Shown in pieces: positions 37,134 to 45,554 of a stretch of 64,000 bases of DNA. Each line of letters starts with the position of its first letter. Position 1 is the stretch's first letter. The stretch spans positions 1 through 64,000 of IMG/VR virus record IMGVR_UViG_3300035698_020047; one strand, written 5' to 3'. The notes beneath the pieces were generated by a model. That model worked only from the letters and a program-made list of their open reading frames with translations, did not search any database and was not told where the DNA came from. The DNA is from a virus. The position numbers and the translations under genes are program-made.

Positions 37134-38735
37134 ATGGCCGATACGACCGACACGACCGACACGACTGAACCCACACTATTTGACCTACCTGTCGATCCAG
37201 ATGAGTTCAGCGTATTGCTGCCACCATCGGAGCTGCGGAAGATAGATTTTAGCGCACTAGAATTTGCAACGGCTCGGCGTGCGTTGGTAGAGTACATTAA
37301 GACATACTTCCCCAATGATTTTAACGACTTTATGAGCAATAATGGCGTTATGATGCTGGTAGAATTGCTGTCGTATCTGACAGCAGTTATGAGTTTGCGA
37401 AGTGATTTGCTGGCGAACCAGAGTACCCTCCCAACGGCCACCAGTGAAGATGCGGTGGCCAATCATCTAGCACTTATTGGGCAGTCGATTTCAAGAGCAA
37501 CACCAGCGATTGTTGACATTGAATGTGCGGTTGGTAGTCCGGTTAGCGCCGATATCAACATTCCACCTGGCCAACAATTCACAATAAGTGGTGATGATGG
37601 GAGCGATATAACTTACGAGTTATTCAAATCCCCGACTAACCTTACTGGTAGTATAACTATTCCGTCGAGTAAACGCGGGATTATAGGATATGGCGTAGAA
37701 GGTAGGTCGGACTCACTCACTGTTATAAGTAACGGGAACGCTGATCAGAAGATTACTATAAATATAGACGACGATGCTTTAGAGCAGCCGATTAGGGTTG
37801 AAGTCACTAATTCTGGTATTGTTGAAGAGTGGAATCAGATAGATCACATAGAACGAGCCATCGCTACCGATAAAGCATATGAGGTAAGATTTTTTGAAGA
37901 CAGAATGGAATTTGTTTTCGGGAATGGCATTACTGGTTCGATCCCGCCGGCAGGCACGCGAATCAGTATGGCATATAGGCTTGGTGGCGGCTCGCGTGGT
38001 AGGATTGGTGCTGGAGTGATAGATGAACAGAGATCGCTTACGCCAGAATTCCCATATACCGCCGCAGTACCTGTAAGTTTCAGGAATGTGACCCCTAGCT
38101 CGGGTGGTGTTGATAAAGAATCATTAACTGAAGCAAAGAGGCGAGCGCCGCTTGATTTTGCGACGCATGACTCTATTGTCACTGAATCTGACTATGCTCA
38201 GACGGTAGCTTCGTTTAACCATCCAGTTTTTGGCACTATTGCGAAGGCAGTGGCAACTATTCGCACTAGCTTAAACACAAACCTTGTTGAGATATATGTG
38301 CTCGCCGAAGGGCCCGATGGTCCAGTAGCACCCAGTGAGGGGCTGAAGCGATCTGTACAAAGTCAGGTAAATGAATTGAATGTGCTGACTGACCATGTTT
38401 CGGTCTTAGATGCACAAATACAGGCGGTTGATATCAATGCCACGGTCGTAGTGAGCCGCAGTTCTGATGCGTCGGTTGTTGAAATCAAGGTTGAGCAAGC
38501 CATCAGCGACTTCTTCAATATTAAGAATTGGGATTTGGGCGAAGCGTTGTTTGTTTCTCAATTGTACGATGCGATGGTGCAAGTAGACGGAGTCAAGTAC
38601 GTAGACATCTTCGACCCTGTCGATAACATATTGGCTACTGGGAAAGTGGATAGCTCCGACCCCGGAGTTGACATTAATGAATTGATAGTACTCGGCAATA
38701 CTGAGATTAAATACTATTATGAAGTGGCACGATAG
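37134..38735 (+). CDS. baseplate wedge protein gp6/J-like
   Basis: DFSALEF...R..LVEYIK.YFP..FNDF, FGNGITG.IP, GG.DKES..EAKRRAP, IVTESDY. Confidence 0.92.
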   Translation: MADTTDTTDTTEPTLFDLPVDPDEFSVLLPPSELRKIDFSALEFATARRALVEYIKTYFPNDFNDFMSNNGVMMLVELLSYLTAVMSLRSDLLANQSTLPTATSEDAVANHLALIGQSISRATPAIVDIECAVGSPVSADINIPPGQQFTISGDDGSDITYELFKSPTNLTGSITIPSSKRGIIGYGVEGRSDSLTVISNGNADQKITINIDDDALEQPIRVEVTNSGIVEEWNQIDHIERAIATDKAYEVRFFEDRMEFVFGNGITGSIPPAGTRISMAYRLGGGSRGRIGAGVIDEQRSLTPEFPYTAAVPVSFRNVTPSSGGVDKESLTEAKRRAPLDFATHDSIVTESDYAQTVASFNHPVFGTIAKAVATIRTSLNTNLVEIYVLAEGPDGPVAPSEGLKRSVQSQVNELNVLTDHVSVLDAQIQAVDINATVVVSRSSDASVVEIKVEQAISDFFNIKNWDLGEALFVSQLYDAMVQVDGVKYVDIFDPVDNILATGKVDSSDPGVDINELIVLGNTEIKYYYEVAR

Positions 38736-38736
38736 C

Positions 38737-39477
38737 TCACAAGGCTGCTAGCTGGTCCATTATGATTTTGTGGTAATTGGGACTCAATTCAACACCTAAA
38801 TAATGACGGCCCTCTCTCCCAGCAGCGATTAGACTCGAGCCGCTGCCGGCGAAGGGATCGAACACACACCCATCGGGTCTACACATTGCTTTCACCCAGA
38901 TGCGTAATAACTCTACTGGCATTTGGGTGGCGATCCCATCAACTCTGGCTTTGTGCGTTCCGGCTATGCGTTTGAATGTGAATACATCATTTGGGCATTT
39001 CCCCCTTGAATCCGCTCGTTTGTCATTATAAGCCAGTTGCCTAGCTGAAGGCACAGCTACAGACCCCGCGTCGAAGAAGAATTTCTTGTTTTTGACGTAT
39101 CGTAGGATATGGGTTTTACTACAGGTGAACCTTTTCCGCGTGTCGAGGTTCCCGCTTTGGCCGAATTGGTAGTGCCATACAATCCAGTTTGCACGTGTCA
39201 GTCCCAATTCTTTACGACACAGCACATCGATATCCGATACGTGCTTGTCGCTGATACAAATTAGGAGATTACCTTCGCTGTCGAGCAATCTCTTGCATTC
39301 GCTTATCCACGATTTACACCAAGCCAAATAATCATCTTCTGGTCGGTCATCGTTGTAACTATCATATTGGAAGCCGATGTTAAATGGCGGGTCAGCGATG
39401 ATTAAATCCGCAAAGGGAGCCTTTACGTTCTGCATCCACTTTAAGCTATCGCCCTGTATGCAAGTGTCGATTTTCAT
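38737..39477 (-). CDS. DNA methyltransferase (N6-A/N4-C, beta class), orphan
   Basis: IQGDSL, IIADPPFN, DPFAGSGSSLIAA, YLGVEL. Confidence 0.93.
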   Translation of the reverse strand: MKIDTCIQGDSLKWMQNVKAPFADLIIADPPFNIGFQYDSYNDDRPEDDYLAWCKSWISECKRLLDSEGNLLICISDKHVSDIDVLCRKELGLTRANWIVWHYQFGQSGNLDTRKRFTCSKTHILRYVKNKKFFFDAGSVAVPSARQLAYNDKRADSRGKCPNDVFTFKRIAGTHKARVDGIATQMPVELLRIWVKAMCRPDGCVFDPFAGSGSSLIAAGREGRHYLGVELSPNYHKIIMDQLAAL

Positions 39478-39761
39478 ACTTTTAACTCTTGGTCTAAACG
39501 GCCCTTGAAATAACGTGCCATATCAACCAACAGCCGCGTCAATTGATATGTGTTGCCCTTGTTGTATATTATCGGCTGCTTCGATTCTGGGTCTATTAAT
39601 ACGGCAAAGGCTAACTTAACTCCCCCGTCTTCTAGCTTCTTTTCGAAATCGCCTATGAAGGATTCCGCTCTTTTTTGGTCTTCGGTTACTTCGGGTTCTG
39701 CTTGATTTTCTGTATTTTTAGATGTAGCTTGATCTTGAGGTTCATCTATGATTTCAGACAT
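39474..39761 (-). CDS. hypothetical protein
   Basis: AGGAG RBS (39770-39774, minus) before MSEIIDEP; ATGA-coupled to MTase. Confidence 0.7.
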   Translation of the reverse strand: MSEIIDEPQDQATSKNTENQAEPEVTEDQKRAESFIGDFEKKLEDGGVKLAFAVLIDPESKQPIIYNKGNTYQLTRLLVDMARYFKGRLDQELKV

Positions 39762-40386
39762 CGCAAAGTCTCCTGACGATATTAAGGTTTGGAAGGTCTT
39801 TAAATACTGCGAGGATGCATTTGGGAAAATGGGTATTAATGTAGCATTCCCAAAGCATACCGACCCTAAAAAGACGTATAAATGGCGGTACCTTGTTAAG
39901 TTTGTTGAGAAACTTGATGAGTTAAATGCATCGAATGAGACTGCGATGCTGCTGGTAAGGGCGGTCGCGAAATATGCGGATGTCCATAAACAGCGGCACA
40001 AAGGATTGTCGTTGCTGATGTCTGATAAGGTCTTGGAAGCGTGTTGTGTGTCTATCGAAAAAGATAACGCGTCGGATTATAAATTATTGGAAAGGATTGA
40101 AGTAGATAATACGTTGGTATGCGGCAATGACTTAATGCATAAATCAAATAAACGTGGACTGCCAGATATCATAAGATGGCACATGCAGGGGTCAATCTCA
40201 GAAGTATATATGGCTCTATCCAGGCGATGTTATGAGGCGATGTTAAAATTAGATAAAATAGAGAGATCTATGCTGCCAAGCGGCAAAGAATTGATAGCGG
40301 CCAGGGCGAAGCTATTTCGGAGTGTGCGGCTAAAACACCAAGCGAAATTGGCTATGGGTGATGATTGGAGAGATGTTTTTAACTAA
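39748..40386 (+). CDS. hypothetical protein (start uncertain)
   Basis: 212-aa ORF coupled (TAATG) to UvsW. Confidence 0.7.
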   Translation: MISDIAKSPDDIKVWKVFKYCEDAFGKMGINVAFPKHTDPKKTYKWRYLVKFVEKLDELNASNETAMLLVRAVAKYADVHKQRHKGLSLLMSDKVLEACCVSIEKDNASDYKLLERIEVDNTLVCGNDLMHKSNKRGLPDIIRWHMQGSISEVYMALSRRCYEAMLKLDKIERSMLPSGKELIAARAKLFRSVRLKHQAKLAMGDDWRDVFN

Positions 40387-41918
40387 TGCTAGCTAGGATA
40401 GTTGACAATAAATGGGTTTATATTGAGCAGATCACTGTCCCTGAGAGTGATCTAATTGATGCTAAGCTAAGTGTGAAGCATCCGCGTGCACAGTATATCG
40501 ATTCGGCAGGCTTTTTTGATGGGGTGTTTCACAAATTCAACAAATACCACAATAGGTTGGCGCGGCCGCTATTGACTGAGCTGACTAAAATATGTAAGGG
40601 GTATGGTATGCCCTTTACCATAGCTGATGATCGTCCTCCGCTTCCGGGAGTTCAAGAATCAATAATAACACCTGATCTCTTAGCGGGCGTTAAGCTCTAC
40701 GACTATCAACTCGAAGCAATCAGATCTGTCATACACAATGAAGTTGGTATAATCTCGGCTAACACCGGGAGCGGCAAGACAGAGATCATGTCTGGGATCG
40801 TCAAAGTTGTGAACCGCCCGACTGTCATACTTTGTGATATGACAATTATCGTCGATCAAATTAAAGAGCGGTTAGAACTTAGAGAGGCCACTAAAGAAGT
40901 TGGTATGTTCTATGCTGGCAAGCGCCCAAATGGTCAGCAGGTAATAGTCGGCTCATTCCAATCCCTTATTATTCCGACCGCGCCGAAGAAGCTCGAGAAA
41001 GACACGCCCGAGTCATATAGGCTAAAATGTAGGGCATTCAATACGAGACGCAAGAATGCTAGGAACCTACGTACCATCATAGGAAAATGCGACTTATTAT
41101 TAGTCGATGAATGCGATATTGCTACTAGCAAACGATGGAAGCAACTGTTTTGGCATTGGTTCAAGGGGCGCAGGAGATACGGGTTTTCAGGCACCCCATT
41201 CGACGACGCCAAGCCTGTTGAAAACTTGGTGCTAAAAGAGCATCTTGGCTCTATTATATTCCACGTCCCCAGGGAAGAAGTCGAGAAGAATAAGAGAATA
41301 ATACCGGTATCATATACCTCCATAGCGTTCGGCGACGAAACGATGATCAGAGACAAGGCCGCCTATGACATCGCTATGAAGGAGCAGATGATAGAAAATG
41401 TGTCATTCCATAAGCTAGTCGCCACTATAGCAACCCGCACAACCAAGGACCCATCATATGGCACGCTAATATTGGTAGAAAGCCAGCCACTTGGTTATGC
41501 TTTGGAATCTATGATAGAGGGGTCCAAATTCATATGCGGCGATCACCGTATGAAGGAACGTAAAAAGGCGATCGCGGCGTTTGAGAGCCGGGAATGTCAG
41601 GTTCTTATTGGAGGTAAGATCATTAAACGCGGCCTTGATCTTCAAGGTGGCTGCGAGAGTTTGATTATTGCTACCGGCGGTAAGCTTGCATCTGATTTTG
41701 GCCAGAAGATAGGCAGAGCTGTGAGAGTTAATGAAAGAGGCTTCGCGCAGATCTATGATTTCTTTTTCCTAGGAAACCATTATCTGTACGGACACTCGAG
41801 GAAACGGTTGAAGACGATAGTCGCAATGGAGTATCCAGCTAAGGTTGTTTTTAAAAACGGTGTAGTAGAAGCCGGTAAATTCATAAGGTCAAGGTTTAGG
41901 CGGCCAAGACCAAAATAG
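40386..41918 (+). CDS. uvsW: UvsW-like SF2 DNA helicase
   Basis: LYDYQLEA, NTGSGKT, LLVDECD, YGFSGTP, RGLDL, QKIGRAVR, IYDF. Confidence 0.92.
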   Translation: MLARIVDNKWVYIEQITVPESDLIDAKLSVKHPRAQYIDSAGFFDGVFHKFNKYHNRLARPLLTELTKICKGYGMPFTIADDRPPLPGVQESIITPDLLAGVKLYDYQLEAIRSVIHNEVGIISANTGSGKTEIMSGIVKVVNRPTVILCDMTIIVDQIKERLELREATKEVGMFYAGKRPNGQQVIVGSFQSLIIPTAPKKLEKDTPESYRLKCRAFNTRRKNARNLRTIIGKCDLLLVDECDIATSKRWKQLFWHWFKGRRRYGFSGTPFDDAKPVENLVLKEHLGSIIFHVPREEVEKNKRIIPVSYTSIAFGDETMIRDKAAYDIAMKEQMIENVSFHKLVATIATRTTKDPSYGTLILVESQPLGYALESMIEGSKFICGDHRMKERKKAIAAFESRECQVLIGGKIIKRGLDLQGGCESLIIATGGKLASDFGQKIGRAVRVNERGFAQIYDFFFLGNHYLYGHSRKRLKTIVAMEYPAKVVFKNGVVEAGKFIRSRFRRPRPK

Positions 41919-41920
41919 GC

Positions 41921-42094
41921 ATGAATATGGAAGAACCAGAGTACAGTGAATGGGTGTGTTACATAATGGGGTCGCGACCTGGCGACGAGCTTGCAACCAA
42001 GTTCCGGTCAATGGTGGGGCGGGTACCGAATCGGTTCCGGAGATGGATGCAAAAGATCTTCTTCGAAGCGTATTGGGTGAAGGAACCAATGTAG
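41921..42094 (+). CDS. small hypothetical protein (57 aa, below ORF-track cutoff)
   Basis: MNMEEPEYSEWVCYIMG...VPNRFRRWMQKIFFEAYWVKEPM read by hand; starts 2 nt after UvsW stop. Confidence 0.55.
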   Translation: MNMEEPEYSEWVCYIMGSRPGDELATKFRSMVGRVPNRFRRWMQKIFFEAYWVKEPM

Positions 42095-42215
42095 CACCTG
42101 AGATGCATTGCGAAGAGTAACGTTACTTTCGTTCATTTCAATTGGGGCAGTGAAATTCCATTTCTGCATAATATAAATGTGAGAGACTACCTATCTTACG
42201 AGTATATAATTTACA

Positions 42216-43079
42216 ATGGATATTCCGGAGGTAACCACATTCCCGACGCCGCAAGTACCGGATAAGAAATTATATTTCGACAACAATAAGGTTGAAGATC
42301 TTATGCTGCGGTACAGGTGGACGGCTTGCACTGATCAAGCTCTTCGCGATAAGATCATGGTCAACACCGAAGAGCTAATTCGCCAGATAATACGCGCACA
42401 CAATCTGCATAGAATATATCCAGGCCAAGAAGAATCGGCGTTTATGGATCTATTCCAAACCGCGTGGGTACAAATAGAACGAACTCTTTACAAGTATAAG
42501 GCCCGCGTCCATTGTGCAGCGTGCTACAATATAGTGCGTCCAATGGATTCGTGCGTGTATGATCCTCCTATTATTAACTATGATATGATCACACCATCTG
42601 ATGTGATCCGCAATAAATTAACATGTGCCAAGTGCGGGAAAATTCCGAAGAAGATTATTTATCGCGGATGCTCAAAGATATTCAATATGTGGAGCCAAGT
42701 CGCACGCACTGTAATATTGGCACATATTAAGAAAGAAACCCGCGACCATAAGAATTCTGACGCATATCGTAGCCATCTCGACAATAAGCGGGTGCCCAAA
42801 AGTGACGATGCATTATTGCGATTCTTAGCAGAAGTAAAAGAAGTATGCAAATATAATGAGAATTATGTAACCATCGTCGATGCACTAGAATATATTTCTA
42901 AGACCGATAGCCGGCCTTATGAAGGTATAATTGGAAAACTGGTGCGGTTGTCTGGGCGATCTAGAGCACAGGTTGCGAGTTTCCTGAGGATGATAAGACT
43001 AAGAAGCACAGAGTTCTCAGACTCTCCGATCAACGATCGGAGCCAGAAACTCTGTGCGGTGGCTAAAGAGGATGAATAA
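42216..43079 (+). CDS. phage late sigma factor-like protein (gp55-type) with zinc-ribbon insertion
   Basis: KLYFDN..VE, EELIRQII, DLFQTAW...LYKYK, then SKIFNMWSQVARTVILAHIKK (region 2.3/2.4-like). Confidence 0.65.
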   Translation: MDIPEVTTFPTPQVPDKKLYFDNNKVEDLMLRYRWTACTDQALRDKIMVNTEELIRQIIRAHNLHRIYPGQEESAFMDLFQTAWVQIERTLYKYKARVHCAACYNIVRPMDSCVYDPPIINYDMITPSDVIRNKLTCAKCGKIPKKIIYRGCSKIFNMWSQVARTVILAHIKKETRDHKNSDAYRSHLDNKRVPKSDDALLRFLAEVKEVCKYNENYVTIVDALEYISKTDSRPYEGIIGKLVRLSGRSRAQVASFLRMIRLRSTEFSDSPINDRSQKLCAVAKEDE

Positions 43080-44005
43080 TGCTGTCATCTGATGAATTTG
43101 CCAAGAATTTGGCTGGGATTTTGTCGCTCAATTTGAAGACGCTAATTAGTGATGAGGCTGCGGCAGCAGTCACTGGCGTCGAATATCTTGGTGGAGGGCG
43201 GGTCAAGGTTACTACAAGCGAAGACAGCGATATTCTTAGTTATTATATGATATGCTCGGGTGCTGAAATGGAAGAGGAGGAGCAGCGAGCTCCCCTTGAA
43301 CCTGAAGGTGACTTTGGGCCTGGGCTTGAGGGTGGCGAGCCCATTGAATCGATTCAAAAGCCCGATGAAGTTATTGCTGAGACGCAGCCGCAGGGCGTGG
43401 GTGAGAGGATAGATCGTAAACTTCGTCCTCCGAAAGTTACTCCAGTTACTAAGAATCCGGCTGAAAAGACGCCTAGACGCTCAGCCGATAACGACCCCAG
43501 AAAGACCGCAGCCGGTCGTAAGGCTATTAAGAAAGCCAAAAGGCATCCCAAAGAGAGTCTGTCGAAATTTATTGACAATGCATTGACTAGCGACCGAAAA
43601 CGGATTGCCGAATTAGCATCACATATCGATCCTATCTTAGAGTCCCGGACGATTAAATCTGTTATTGGGACGAGCGATGATAGTGAAAAATTGGCCGAAA
43701 TCGGCGATATAATCCATAATGTTTGGTCTGAGAAATTCATTGAAAAACATATTGGAATTGCTAACTCCAGGAGTGGAGAATTGGCAATGTTCGATGAGTC
43801 GGCTAAAGTATTGGACGAATTGACTGAATGGGGTACTCACCTTTGTTGGATTGAGAGAATTAAAAAGTCGGACTATGTAATATACAAAGTTTGCGCCGAC
43901 ACTACTCCAAGTAAAGCCTTTGTAGAATGCAGGAATGATCATAGTAGAGATCTAATTCTATCTGGTGACCGAGCAAATATAATTCCAAAGATCTTCGGAG
44001 ATTAA
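43079..44005 (+). CDS. hypothetical protein, possible internal head protein
   Basis: 308 aa with several (I/L/V)xE sites. Confidence 0.65.
   Translation: MLSSDEFAKNLAGILSLNLKTLISDEAAAAVTGVEYLGGGRVKVTTSEDSDILSYYMICSGAEMEEEEQRAPLEPEGDFGPGLEGGEPIESIQKPDEVIAETQPQGVGERIDRKLRPPKVTPVTKNPAEKTPRRSADNDPRKTAAGRKAIKKAKRHPKESLSKFIDNALTSDRKRIAELASHIDPILESRTIKSVIGTSDDSEKLAEIGDIIHNVWSEKFIEKHIGIANSRSGELAMFDESAKVLDELTEWGTHLCWIERIKKSDYVIYKVCADTTPSKAFVECRNDHSRDLILSGDRANIIPKIFGD
43974..43981 (+). promoter_or_regulatory. candidate late promoter CAAATATA
   Basis: Recurrent motif, 26 nt before ATG 44008. Confidence 0.55.
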
Positions 44006-44007
44006 CG

Positions 44008-45498
44008 ATGAATGACGCAGATACCCGCCAAATTGCCATAATCGCTGAGATGATAGACCAAGAAGAGTTGGATGGTGCGCCAGACGCCGGGATTCCAGGC
44101 TTCGACGATGGGATTTCTGGACCTGCTCCGCTACCCGAGCCAGCTGACATGGCGTTTGGTGGCCCAGATGAAGTGGGCGCCCAAATATCATCTGAACCTA
44201 TCACCATGAGCCGCGACTTCCTATATGAGCTGCTTAGGCTTACAAAGGAAAGAGCCGGCGGCCCGTGTGATACATGCGAGGAACCGCCGATTGATCCTGA
44301 GCTTGGAGAATCGGAACCCGCAATCGATGCGTTTGAAGCTGGCGAAGAGGCTGAAGGCGAAGAGGCTGAGGCTGCTGAAGAGTTTGGGGCTGAAGAGGCC
44401 GCAGGCGAAGAGGCCGCAGGCGAAGAGGCTGAAGGCGAAGAGGCTGAAGGCGAAGAGGCTGAAGGCGAAGAGGCTGAAGGCGACGATGAAGAAGTTGAAG
44501 TCGAAGAAGGTAAAAAGAAAAGACGGGCAATCAACGAAGCCGAGGGCGACGATGATGACACTGAGTCTGATGGCCCTCCGTCTGATGATACCGAAGAAGA
44601 CGACACCGACGAAGAGGCCGACGACACCGACGACACTGAAGACACCGACGACGATGAAGGTGCCGAGGATGATACCGAATCAGATGGCCCTCCGCCTGAA
44701 TTAGCTGACTCGGATGAAGATGATACTGACTCGATTCCGTTTGAGCCTGGTGCAGAAGCTGGCGCAGAGATTGATGCGGACGTAGATGATGTTGATCCGC
44801 CAGATGGTGGAGTCAATCATGCTGATATCGAAGAGATAGTCGACAAGCTCGTGGAATTATCGGCTGGCGACCAAACTCTTACGATGCATGACTTACCTGA
44901 GATCGTGCAATGCTGCTTCCCAGATCCTGTTTCTGACGTAGGCATTGCCGATGAAGTTCCGATCGAAGAACCGCCGATGGACGCTCCGATTGACGCTCCG
45001 ATTGACGCTCCGATTGATGCTCCGATCGATGGCCCGATCGATGGCCCGCCCGAAGACATGGGTGGTGAAGAAGAAATGCCCGAAGCTCCGCCAGAAGACA
45101 TAGGCGGCGAAGAAGAAGCTCCGCCCGAAGACATAGGCGGCGAAGAAGAAATGCCCGAAGATTTGCCATTTGAATCTATGAAGCCTGTTGATGAGATGAA
45201 AGTCATAGATGAAAAATTGGCTAAGAAAATCGTTAACGAATCAGCGGTTTTAGCTAAATCGATCGCTGGATTTGCCAAGAAGATGAAGATTAATGTTGCG
45301 ATGAAACCCGCTAAGAGTGAGAATGGCGCCGAGTACTTGGGTGACGAAGAGTCATTCCCCAAGCTATGCGAGGCCATCAATAAAACGTTGGCAACAATAA
45401 AAGAAGGCAAGAAGAAGGCGAATGTCGGTGCTATGAGCAAGTACTCGAGATGCTACCCGGTGAGCGGAGCCGGCCGCCTGTTCTACGTGTTCAAATAA
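44008..45498 (+). CDS. highly acidic low-complexity protein, possible prohead core protein
   Basis: GGAG RBS; E/D/P-rich tandem repeats; INEA, VNES, IKEG sites. Confidence 0.75.
   Translation: MNDADTRQIAIIAEMIDQEELDGAPDAGIPGFDDGISGPAPLPEPADMAFGGPDEVGAQISSEPITMSRDFLYELLRLTKERAGGPCDTCEEPPIDPELGESEPAIDAFEAGEEAEGEEAEAAEEFGAEEAAGEEAAGEEAEGEEAEGEEAEGEEAEGDDEEVEVEEGKKKRRAINEAEGDDDDTESDGPPSDDTEEDDTDEEADDTDDTEDTDDDEGAEDDTESDGPPPELADSDEDDTDSIPFEPGAEAGAEIDADVDDVDPPDGGVNHADIEEIVDKLVELSAGDQTLTMHDLPEIVQCCFPDPVSDVGIADEVPIEEPPMDAPIDAPIDAPIDAPIDGPIDGPPEDMGGEEEMPEAPPEDIGGEEEAPPEDIGGEEEMPEDLPFESMKPVDEMKVIDEKLAKKIVNESAVLAKSIAGFAKKMKINVAMKPAKSENGAEYLGDEESFPKLCEAINKTLATIKEGKKKANVGAMSKYSRCYPVSGAGRLFYVFK
44341..44481 (+). 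repeat. 15-nt tandem repeats GGCGAAGAGGCTGAA (GEEAE)
   Basis: Multiple exact and near-exact copies. Confidence 0.9.
44980..45162 (+). repeat. 12-nt DAPI/DGPI repeats followed by PPED(M/I)GGEEE repeats
   Basis: GACGCTCCGATT-type units, then three longer units. Confidence 0.85.
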
Positions 45499-45518
45499 TC
45501 CGAACCTGACCCCCACGC

Positions 45519-45554
45519 ACAATGAGGCCTCGTCTAACGGCGAGGCCTCATTGT
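45519..45554. terminator. hairpin between convergent genes
   Basis: 14-bp stem ACAATGAGGCCTCG / CGAGGCCTCATTGT overlapping the terminase stop. Confidence 0.7.

Noticed and set aside
17672-38735. Bacterial extracellular contractile injection system or tailocin
   Set aside because: Portal, terminase, protease, capsid and replication genes are present, so this is a complete phage morphogenesis region
38737-39477. Restriction-modification system
   Set aside because: No recognisable cognate restriction nuclease adjacent; orphan methyltransferases are common in phages
44341-45162. Possible CRISPR array or DGR template from repeated units
   Set aside because: Units are in-frame multiples of 3 with no unique spacers and encode acidic peptide repeats; no cas or reverse transcriptase gene seen
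43902-45440. Long minus-strand ORFs (304 and 207 aa), likewise 50815-51843, 52327-52932 and 5472-6176
   Set aside because: Ser/Phe-rich antisense shadows of Glu/Asp-rich plus-strand genes
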